Source: Clostridia bacterium
GTDB taxonomy: Bacteria > Bacillota > Clostridia > Christensenellales > CAG-138
Reading direction: 5' to 3'
Length of the DNA: 64,000 nt
Assembly: GCA_016292635.1 (NCBI GenBank)
Contig: JAEDIC010000001.1
Span: 67,275 to 131,274 of the forward strand
Part shown: one piece after another, positions 19,813 to 27,710 of the stretch
Layout of the letters: every line of letters starts with the position of its first letter
Numbering within the stretch: the first letter of the stretch is position 1
Made by a program: the position numbers and the translations under genes
Notes under the pieces: model-generated
What the model was told of the DNA's origin: nothing
The model's database searches: none
The model's input: only the letters and a program-made list of their open reading frames with translations

Positions 19813-20190
19813 GTGTTAAAAGAATTCTATGCGCTGCTTCACGGAGACTATGCTGACGCGCTGAAGCGGTTTGGAACAGAAGCGCGGCTGGAGAAGTATC
19901 TGTTCAAATTTTTAGCGGATACCAGCTTTTCCGATCTCCGCGCCGCCTTGGAACAGCAGGATACAGAAGTCGCTCTGCGCGCAGCCCATTCGCTCAAAGG
20001 AACCAGCAGGCTATTGGGACTTGTAAATCTTGGTACGGTGAGCGAGACCTTGGAACGCGCGCTGCACAATGCTCAATCTGCGGATTTACCTTTTCTGCTT
20101 TTGCAGACTCAAACAGAATATGTGCGAACGGTTTCCGCCATTCATTCCCTACAGGCCTCTATTGAAGGACAACCCGAACCCAACAGGTGA
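19813..20190 (+). CDS. Hpt (histidine phosphotransfer) domain protein.
   Basis: AAHSLKGTSRLLGL motif in a four-helix-like 125-aa protein. GTG start. Confidence 0.75.
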   Translation: MLKEFYALLHGDYADALKRFGTEARLEKYLFKFLADTSFSDLRAALEQQDTEVALRAAHSLKGTSRLLGLVNLGTVSETLERALHNAQSADLPFLLLQTQTEYVRTVSAIHSLQASIEGQPEPNR

Positions 20191-20260
20191 CGGGACGCTA
20201 TGGTCTGTGGCTTGCCGCTTTACATCCTCATCTGCCTTTACCGGTCGATGTTTGGCAGAA

Positions 20261-20686
20261 TCACGAGACTCTTCCAAATGAAGGCTGCATACCGGAGACG
20301 CCGTTTTGCCTGCCGGTCTTCATGATTTTATGACGGGTCTGCGCCGCAACAACGGCAATAAAGACCGAGCTTGTGGGGCGATCATATCGCAAATCTACAA
20401 AATGGCCGAACCACTCTGCTTTCTGGCTGGAAACGCTGCGTTCAAATGTGACACGGATAGCGTGTCGAATGGAACGCTCAATCATGGACTTATTGACGTG
20501 ATGCTGTTCCGCAAGCGCAGTATAAATGGATTTATTGCTTACCTTTCCTTCTGTTTCGAGTACGATGCTGATCGCATCATGCAGATAGTAGAACCCCTTT
20601 AAATGAGGCGGTACGCCGAGTTCCCAAAGGGTCTGCTCAATTATGAGCTGTTCCTCAAGAATGGCCGCGTTGTTGTTTAATTCCAT
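20261..20686 (-). CDS. Stand-alone Spo0A C-terminal (DNA-binding) domain protein.
   Basis: LGVPPHLKGFYYLHDAISIV..MIERSIRHAIRVTFER matches the Spo0A effector domain (GVPAHIKGY..RVERAIRHAIEVAW). There is no receiver domain. Start ATG 20686 after GGGGG. Confidence 0.8.
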   Translation of the reverse strand: MELNNNAAILEEQLIIEQTLWELGVPPHLKGFYYLHDAISIVLETEGKVSNKSIYTALAEQHHVNKSMIERSIRHAIRVTFERSVSSQKAEWFGHFVDLRYDRPTSSVFIAVVAAQTRHKIMKTGRQNGVSGMQPSFGRVS

Positions 20687-20807
20687 ATTTATCCCCCTGA
20701 TATATTTTTGTTTCATTCATACGTAATAAGATGGGCGTCTGCGGTTTATTGCCGTTCAGGGCGCAAGGCCCGCGTTTATCCGGCCCAGGCGCATAATGCG
20801 GATACCC

Positions 20808-21614
20808 TTATTTTGCGGAAAAATCGTCCCAGCGCGCGTGAGAAAATGAGAGAGACGCCAGGGTTTCCTCCGCCCAGGAATATTGGAACATATATTCCTC
20901 CGGTGGCTGCGCGCCGGGATTCTTCAGGTAGTCGTAATAATCGCACAGGACCTTTTCCGGCCGGATGTAGCACTGTCCGCGCTTACTGACGAAAATATCC
21001 GGTATGCCGTGTATGTCCAATGTATGGTGCAGCATCATAACGGCCTTGCGGTATCTCTTCTTTGCCTTTTCGTCATAGGGCTTATCCGGCCATAGCAGCT
21101 CGATTGCTTCCTCCATGGTAACACCGCAGCCGCGCTTGTCCACGCAAAGCGCGAGGAGTTCCTTGGATTTTGCGTTGGGGAAGTGGACGGGCGTCGCCTT
21201 AGCAAACACATCGAAACGACCGAAAGTACGTATCATAGTCTGTTTGAACTGGCGCGCCGAAAGCAGCTGCGCCCTTTCGATTGCCTCCAGAATGTCCTCC
21301 CGGTCGAAGGGTTTGCAGACATAATAATCCGCCTTAATTCGCATGGCGTCGATATAGGCGTTTTCATGGCCGGTAACATAGATCAGAACTATTTTCGGAT
21401 AAAGCTCGCGAAACTTTTTCCCCAGATCAATGCCGTTCATTTTGGGCATTTCCACATCCAACAGGGCAAACTCGACGGCGTTCTTTCCTGCAAAATCCAG
21501 CGCTTCCATCGGATCGGTAAACTCTCCGACAATCTCAGCAAAGGGAGATGCCCCACAGATTTCATGCAGTATGTCCAGCGACAGCCGGTTATCATCTACA
21601 AGCAGCGTTTTCAT
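20808..21614 (-). CDS. Response regulator: receiver plus a SARP/OmpR-like winged-helix output domain.
   Basis: MKTLLVDDN..LLDVEMPKMNGIDL..VCKPF receiver. The C-terminus reads FGRFDVF..PVHFPNAKSKELLALC. Start ATG 21614. Confidence 0.8.
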   Translation of the reverse strand: MKTLLVDDNRLSLDILHEICGASPFAEIVGEFTDPMEALDFAGKNAVEFALLDVEMPKMNGIDLGKKFRELYPKIVLIYVTGHENAYIDAMRIKADYYVCKPFDREDILEAIERAQLLSARQFKQTMIRTFGRFDVFAKATPVHFPNAKSKELLALCVDKRGCGVTMEEAIELLWPDKPYDEKAKKRYRKAVMMLHHTLDIHGIPDIFVSKRGQCYIRPEKVLCDYYDYLKNPGAQPPEEYMFQYSWAEETLASLSFSHARWDDFSAK

Positions 21615-21700
21615 GGTGCCATGCCTCATAGTTTTTAGAATCTGTATTAATTATTATTTTACATTGTATTATGTAAAGCACTACCATAAAGCTACCCTGA
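21583..21700 (-). repeat. Copy 1 of a roughly 120-bp duplicated unit. It covers the response-regulator 5' end, its promoter region, and a GGTAG-N6-GGTAG site.
   Basis: Aligns with 21823..21942. It contains CTACC at 21681 and 21692 on the plus strand, with 11-nt phasing. Confidence 0.6.
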
Positions 21701-21822
21701 GACGAAGCCGACCATCCCTGTCAAACGTGACCTCCTTTCCGCGGCAGCATAAGCAAATCATCGGCATTGTAACTATCTGGTTAACGCTCCAAAAAGCAGA
21801 TCGCTAGGTAAAGGACGTATAT

Positions 21823-21942
21823 AGCCGGTTATCATTTACAAGCGGTGTTTTTATTGTGAAAAGCCTCATAATCTTCAGAATTTGCTTTTATTCTTTCATT
21901 TTTTACATTATATCACGGGATGCGCTACCATAGCGCTACCCC
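21823..21942 (-). repeat. Copy 2 of the unit, degenerate. The start codon is ATA and the unit sits just after the kinase stop.
   Basis: AGCCGGTTATCATTTACAAGCGGTG.. compared with AGCCGGTTATCATCTACAAGCAGCG... CTACC occurs at 21925 and 21936. Confidence 0.6.
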
Positions 21943-22016
21943 GCGCCGCCGGACGGAAATAGTTTTATTGCTGCGGCGGCACAGGCAGGTATATGGTAGC
22001 AATATCGGCTCTCTGG

Positions 22017-24995
22017 CTAGCGCTTCAAAAGAGAGCAGATGGTTTGACAAAGGATATCCATATCAACCGGCTTGGGAATATATGCGTTCATACCCGCATC
22101 CATCGCTTCCTGAACATCCTCGGAGAAAACGCTGGCCGTCATTGCAATAATTGGAATGGTATCTGCGTCTGGATGATTGCCTGCGCGAATGGTTCTTGTC
22201 GCCTCATAGCCGTTCATGCCAGGCATCTGTACATCCATGAGGATCACGTCATAGCAGCCCGGCTCCGAACGCTCAAACATGGCGACGGCGTCCCGGCCAT
22301 TGGTTGCGCGGCTGCAGCGGACGCCTTCCATATCCTGCAGCAGCTCGCTGAGAATTTCAGCGTTCAGATCGTTATCCTCCACGATCAGGAAGCGCAGTCC
22401 ATCCAGCGGCGTACGCTCCTGAGGGCTTGCTCCGGACACATCCGTATGCAGCAGTCGCTCCAGGCTCTGCTGAAGGGTATAAGCGAAAAACGGCTTTGGA
22501 ATAAACGCGTACAGTCCGGCTTCTCCGGCTATAAGGGGCGGCTTGTTAATGCCGCGGTCGGTCAGCAGCAGGATGGGTATTTCCGGCCCCACCACATTCC
22601 GAATGAGCTGAGCGTCCTCTGTGTCGCCCGGGCCGCAAGTCTCCATATCCAGCAGCACCACATGAAAACCCTGCTGACATGCTTGCGCATACACCGCGGT
22701 ATCCACAGCCTGCGCTCCATCGGCAACATAAGTTACCTCAATACCCACTTCAGCCATCGCACTCTGAATCTGCCGGCAGACGGTCTCGCTGCCGCTCACT
22801 GCCAGCAGGCGGCTGATACCGTGCGTCTGCCAGAAGCGGGCGTCATGGGCTTCATCCGCTATTATCAGGGGAAGCTCAACGCAAAATGTAGTGCCTGTGC
22901 CCTTAACGCTGTCTACGGAGATGGTTCCGCCCATCAGGCTCACGAGACTTTTTGTAATGGCCATTCCAAGGCCGGTGCCTTGCGGTTGGCTGGCAGAGCC
23001 GCTCGATTCTCGGGCGAACATATCAAATACACGCTCTGCAAAATCGGGGTCCATGCCGATACCGTTGTCGCTTACAATGAATTCCAAGCGCACAGTATTC
23101 CTGGCGCCGGAAGAAAGCCGCCGCACAGAAAACACAATACATCCGTTCGGCGGCGTATATTTTATAGCGTTGGTCAACAGATTCAGCAGAATCTGGCTGA
23201 TCCGTTCCATATCGCCCTGAAGCCGTTCCGGCACATCATCGGATATGCGGACGGTCAGCTTGTGCCCCTTGGCGTGAAGCTGGGGCTGAATGATGTCCAG
23301 CACGCGACGGATCAGCTCTGGAAAGATAAATGCGTTAATGTTCAGGCTGGTATTGCCGCTTTCTATCATGGACATATCGAGCACGTCGCTAATCAGGCTG
23401 AGAAGATGCTGTCCGGAGGAAGCGATCTTGCGGGTATGTTCCCTCACTTTGCCAGGCTTGTCGGCATCGCGCGCCAATAGAGCGGAGAGCCCGGTGATAG
23501 CGTTGATCGGCGTACGAATGTCATGGCTTATATTGGAAAGAAAAGTACTCTTTGCGCGATTGGCAGTACGGGAATCCTCCAATGCCTGCCGGAGGTTTTG
23601 CGTCATTTGTTTTTCTTGCGTGCGGTCGGAAAACTCAAAAACAAATTTTTCCGACTCCTGAATGGATGTATGATAAACGCGGATACGGAACCAGCGGCGG
23701 TCTCCCGTTTTGCCGTGGACATATTCCCGCTCCATCTCCAGACATTCTCCCATTGGGATTTCGGAAAGGAATGTGTCGAGGCGTCCGGAACTCTGTATCC
23801 CGAACGATTCAAATACCCGGGTATCCCGTTTGGCCGCTTCCGGAGATATTCCCGCCAGCGGCTCAATGTTTGGGCTTATGTATTCGATCTGCATCCCCTC
23901 GGGATTGAGCATGATAAAAATATCGTTTACGTTGCTGGACAGGATGCTGAACAGCTGCTCACGATACTGGATCTCCAGATCTTTTTTATACAGGATTTGA
24001 CGGTTGCGCGCCACCAGAAAATAAATAGTGCTCCCAAGGATCAGCCCTGCCAGCGCCACCACAGCGCCCAAGGTAAGCCTTTGGAGCCTGTTCATACTTG
24101 CGTTTACCACTTTTTGCGGCACGAGTCCGAGTACCATCCAGCCTTGCGTGCCAACCGGTTGATAGTTGAGATAATACGCCCCGTTATCCATCTGGCAGGC
24201 AATTGTGCCGGAGCCCCCTCGGGCAAAGACTGCCTTCAAATCATCAATCTCCCTATCGCTCATTGTGGAATGTATTCTCAGCCAATGAAAGAAGTTCCAG
24301 GAGACTTGCTCGGTGTCGGCGGCGTTATGAATCAGTACGCGACCGTCGGAATAGACCACATAGCTGCTGGATTTGCCGTTAAAAGAGTCGGTATCCAGCG
24401 TGGATATCATATCGCTGTTATTGAAGCTCATGGCCAGCGCAACATAGGAAAAACCATCGTAGACATTTGGCTCTGCGGGCACGGCAAACACGGTTAAGTT
24501 GGCGCTGCCGGGCAGAGTGGCGTCTACGATTACGCTCTTGCCATATAGAATCAAGTCTGAGAGTTTATCCTGAAAGTCGATATAGCCGGTTTCACCGCTT
24601 GGCGTCTTATAATTACCATCCCTGGAAATAAAAAAGCATTCAGTAAATCCCCATGTCTTTTTTTCCTCCTGCAGGTAGGAGCATACTTCCTCCGCACAGC
24701 CCTCCTGCATTCTATTTCCCAGATAAGGGCGCCAGCTATTCATGATGTTAAAATTGGTCTGTATCAGATTGGAAAAGGCGCTGTTGACCTGGGTATAGAT
24801 CTCGTTCAGATGGCTGACGCTTTCTTCGCGTATCATCTGTGATACAAAGTTCAGATATGGCAGTCCTATCCCGGCTATCGCTATCAGGCAGACCACAAGG
24901 ACCGCAGCGGCGTCACGCCGTTTTTTTATAGGTGCGATACCCTTTCTTTTCCGTTTCGCCGACGATGTTGCGCCGGCGTGCTGTACGGGCCGCAT
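22017..24995 (-). CDS. Hybrid sensor histidine kinase: TM, Cache-like domain, TM, PAS-like region, HisKA, HATPase and two receivers.
   Basis: H-box SHDIRTPINAI, N-box LLNLLTNAIKYT, DNGIGM, GTGLGMAI, and a terminal receiver ILMDVQMPGMNGYEATRTIR. 992 aa. Confidence 0.9.
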   Translation of the reverse strand: MRPVQHAGATSSAKRKRKGIAPIKKRRDAAAVLVVCLIAIAGIGLPYLNFVSQMIREESVSHLNEIYTQVNSAFSNLIQTNFNIMNSWRPYLGNRMQEGCAEEVCSYLQEEKKTWGFTECFFISRDGNYKTPSGETGYIDFQDKLSDLILYGKSVIVDATLPGSANLTVFAVPAEPNVYDGFSYVALAMSFNNSDMISTLDTDSFNGKSSSYVVYSDGRVLIHNAADTEQVSWNFFHWLRIHSTMSDREIDDLKAVFARGGSGTIACQMDNGAYYLNYQPVGTQGWMVLGLVPQKVVNASMNRLQRLTLGAVVALAGLILGSTIYFLVARNRQILYKKDLEIQYREQLFSILSSNVNDIFIMLNPEGMQIEYISPNIEPLAGISPEAAKRDTRVFESFGIQSSGRLDTFLSEIPMGECLEMEREYVHGKTGDRRWFRIRVYHTSIQESEKFVFEFSDRTQEKQMTQNLRQALEDSRTANRAKSTFLSNISHDIRTPINAITGLSALLARDADKPGKVREHTRKIASSGQHLLSLISDVLDMSMIESGNTSLNINAFIFPELIRRVLDIIQPQLHAKGHKLTVRISDDVPERLQGDMERISQILLNLLTNAIKYTPPNGCIVFSVRRLSSGARNTVRLEFIVSDNGIGMDPDFAERVFDMFARESSGSASQPQGTGLGMAITKSLVSLMGGTISVDSVKGTGTTFCVELPLIIADEAHDARFWQTHGISRLLAVSGSETVCRQIQSAMAEVGIEVTYVADGAQAVDTAVYAQACQQGFHVVLLDMETCGPGDTEDAQLIRNVVGPEIPILLLTDRGINKPPLIAGEAGLYAFIPKPFFAYTLQQSLERLLHTDVSGASPQERTPLDGLRFLIVEDNDLNAEILSELLQDMEGVRCSRATNGRDAVAMFERSEPGCYDVILMDVQMPGMNGYEATRTIRAGNHPDADTIPIIAMTASVFSEDVQEAMDAGMNAYIPKPVDMDILCQTICSLLKR

Positions 24996-25001
24996 TGCCG
25001 G

Positions 25002-26867
25002 TCATCCCAGCACCGCATACGGTGTGGGTTTAGAGAGCCCGCCGTGGGAGAGGGCTTCCTGCAGAATATTGGCAACGGGTTTTTCCAGAGGTATAAGGCG
25101 GGAACCTGGCGCCTCGGGGAAGGCCCGGTTTACCTGGAAGCCGAGAGAACCCCATACCATCACATGGTATACGGAGTCGTCTGCAAGCGGCTCTCCGTTG
25201 ACCGTTACGTTACCGAGGGAGAAAGAGCCGTCCCCGTTGTCATTCATGGTATATTCCATATGGCTCATCACAGGCACCAGGCTCAAATCGGAGATTTGGC
25301 TGGAGCCATCCTCCGCCGGCTCCATGGCCCATTTGAGAATTTCCCGAATCTCGGCACCGGTAGCCTCCAGCTCATAGGCGGTCACGCCCTTGCTGGATAT
25401 CAGCCAGCAGAGCTGCTGCCAAGTGTACTCGCCTACGAAAACATCGGAGGAGAGCAGCAAGCCAAACCCGATAAGGGCGTCTGCCCGCACTTCCCGGCAC
25501 AGGGTGTTGGCTACGGCGGAGACGGCACGGCTGCCTCCCCATTCCTCATCGAACCGATACGCATAATGTGTATCTATACTGGCGACGACTTCCGTATCCA
25601 CCTCGCCCGCAGGAGCGCCAAGCTGTGCATTGAACGCCGCATAAGCGTCTTCTGCCGTATACTCGCCGGCCACCATTTTCTGGCCGACCATTTGAGAGAT
25701 GGAGAAAAACTCGTTGGACGCCAGGCGCTGATAAAGATGGTTGCGCTGGATACAGGAACGAATGTTGTCGAATGGCTCCGGCAGCACAAAGTCCACGCCC
25801 TTTCGATAGGACACGACCACGCCGCTTCCCGAAATGGCGGATTGACCTTCCTGACTGAAGATTTTATCCAATACCGCCATAACATTTTTATACTTTTCCT
25901 CGTTCTCCGCAACATGCTTGTTTACGGCCAGCTGGAAATTCGGATAGGTCAGTATCCAGTTGTCCGATTCGGTATCTCCAAAATACGGAAGAAAAGCAAG
26001 CTGCATGCCAAGACTCTCCGAGCCGTAGATGAGATCGCCGCCGGTACCCCTAAGCATGGCGGCTTTCCCTTCCCGAAACAGCCCCGTGGCCTCTGAAAAA
26101 GACATATGGGCGTCCTCCGGTTCTGCATGGGTGTCTTTCAGAAACCGTTCAAACCGCGTAAAGACTTCGGGCCAAATCTGGTTGTCCAGAAATGTCACCT
26201 CATCTACGCCGGCGCTCTCATATTGCCTGCGCCAAAGCGTGCCCTCCAGGCGCATCAGATCGGGGATGGCGCAGCCCTGCATGATTTCGAGATTGGTATA
26301 ATCATAGTCATAGTCGGTGACAAAGCACCGGTAGCCGTTGGCTTCCAGTACGTCGCAGCATTGGACGAACTCAGTATAGTTGGAAGGCAGCTCCAGCCCA
26401 CATTCCCCAAAGATAGCCGTATTGGCGATGATACCGTCCAGTTCGCCGCACATAGGCAGCCATCTGACTGTGCCGTCGGTAAAACGGTTGCTTTCAAGGT
26501 AAACGGTATAGAAGGAGCCGGCCAGATCTGTCTCGCTCAGGTCAAGTATCTCGTTGTTAATCGCCGCCGCGTCGTTGAGCGAGAACCGCCGGCAGGTTAT
26601 GATATCGGGCAGCGCACCCCGCTCATGGAGATAGGCATAGAAATCAATGTTATTGTGACCCACGACAAAATCAAAATCCAAATCAGGAAACGCCTCCCGC
26701 AGCAGCTTGGACAGCCTGCCGCAGAGCGAGATGTCCCATAGATAGATGCTGATAGTCTGGTCGTCCGTCTTTGCCGCTCCCTGCGCAACATGATCGGCGC
26801 TGCAGCCCAGAAGACATCCTACACACAGAAGCACACAAAGCAATGAAGTAAAGAAATGCTTTTTCAT
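25002..26867 (-). CDS. Extracellular solute-binding lipoprotein with an extra C-terminal domain.
   Basis: Lipobox LLGC. About 420 aa of family-1-like binding fold. A C-terminal region of about 190 aa resembles a 5'-nucleotidase C-terminal domain (tentative). The stop is 7 nt before the kinase start. Confidence 0.7.
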   Translation of the reverse strand: MKKHFFTSLLCVLLCVGCLLGCSADHVAQGAAKTDDQTISIYLWDISLCGRLSKLLREAFPDLDFDFVVGHNNIDFYAYLHERGALPDIITCRRFSLNDAAAINNEILDLSETDLAGSFYTVYLESNRFTDGTVRWLPMCGELDGIIANTAIFGECGLELPSNYTEFVQCCDVLEANGYRCFVTDYDYDYTNLEIMQGCAIPDLMRLEGTLWRRQYESAGVDEVTFLDNQIWPEVFTRFERFLKDTHAEPEDAHMSFSEATGLFREGKAAMLRGTGGDLIYGSESLGMQLAFLPYFGDTESDNWILTYPNFQLAVNKHVAENEEKYKNVMAVLDKIFSQEGQSAISGSGVVVSYRKGVDFVLPEPFDNIRSCIQRNHLYQRLASNEFFSISQMVGQKMVAGEYTAEDAYAAFNAQLGAPAGEVDTEVVASIDTHYAYRFDEEWGGSRAVSAVANTLCREVRADALIGFGLLLSSDVFVGEYTWQQLCWLISSKGVTAYELEATGAEIREILKWAMEPAEDGSSQISDLSLVPVMSHMEYTMNDNGDGSFSLGNVTVNGEPLADDSVYHVMVWGSLGFQVNRAFPEAPGSRLIPLEKPVANILQEALSHGGLSKPTPYAVLG

Positions 26868-27245
26868 ATGGATTCTCTCTTTGGTTTGATATTGATAATA
26901 TTGGTCGGACGTTAATTATTTGTTATAAGTATTATTGTTGACCTATATATTTTACATCTTTAGAAAAGCATTGTCCATGTTATCAAAAAATTTTTCTTTT
27001 TTGTCGAAAAAAGTTAGGCAGCATCCCGTATGATATCCGCAAGCGCCGGTATGATGATAATGGAATATTATTATGTAAACATAGGGGGCTGCTGCCGATA
27101 ATAACAAAGTAATTAAGAAAGTTACTTTGAGTTATTGTTTGGATAGCTCAGATATTCCTCCAAAGACATTACTGCGCAAACCTTAACGGCCTTGCGCTGT
27201 TTTTCTTTTACCCATGAACGAAATGTAAACGATGCTCCATTAGCG

Positions 27246-27274
27246 TTGACGGTATGTCAAATATAGATTATATT
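27246..27274 (+). promoter_or_regulatory. Candidate promoter of blaI-blaR1-like, with an overlapping palindrome.
   Basis: TTGACG-17 nt-TATATT. The palindrome TTGAC-GGTAT-GTCAA spans the -35 element. Confidence 0.5.
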
Positions 27275-27317
27275 TATAAGCACAAGCTTGATAATGCTGC
27301 TAATGGAGGTTTTGAAT

Positions 27318-27710
27318 ATGAAGGACACACTCAATCCCAATGAATGGATCGTGATGGAAGCTCTGTGGGCAGAAAGCCCCGCCACCCTTGGCGAGACCAT
27401 CGCCCGCATAGGCGAGCGTGCCAACTGGAACTACAAGACCTATCAATCATATGTAAACGTGCTGGAAAAGAAGGGCTACGTCTCTTCCGTAAAGCGTGGC
27501 CGGGACAAGTTCTACTCTCCCGCCGTATCCCGTGAGGAGTGCATCGCCAAGGAAAGCCGCGCAATCCTCGGCAGGATGGAATCCCGCTCACTGGGCCTGA
27601 TGGTAACAAGCATGGTGCGGGAGGGAGACCTTTCCAAGGGCGACAGGCTGGAGCTTATGGAAATGCTGGAGCGGATGCTCAAGGAGGAGCAGGATGGAAA
27701 GGATAGTTGA
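27318..27710 (+). CDS. BlaI/MecI/CopY-family transcriptional repressor.
   Basis: wHTH N-terminus (EWIVMEALW..TYQSYVNVLEKKGYVSSVKRGRDKFYSP). GGAGG RBS before ATG 27318. The stop overlaps the next gene. Confidence 0.85.
   Translation: MKDTLNPNEWIVMEALWAESPATLGETIARIGERANWNYKTYQSYVNVLEKKGYVSSVKRGRDKFYSPAVSREECIAKESRAILGRMESRSLGLMVTSMVREGDLSKGDRLELMEMLERMLKEEQDGKDS

Noticed and set aside
27002-27008. A TGTCGAA (Spo0A 0A-box) match in the intergenic region upstream of the binding-protein/kinase operon.
   Set aside because: About eight occurrences of a single 7-mer are expected by chance in 64 kb on two strands. There is no clustering.
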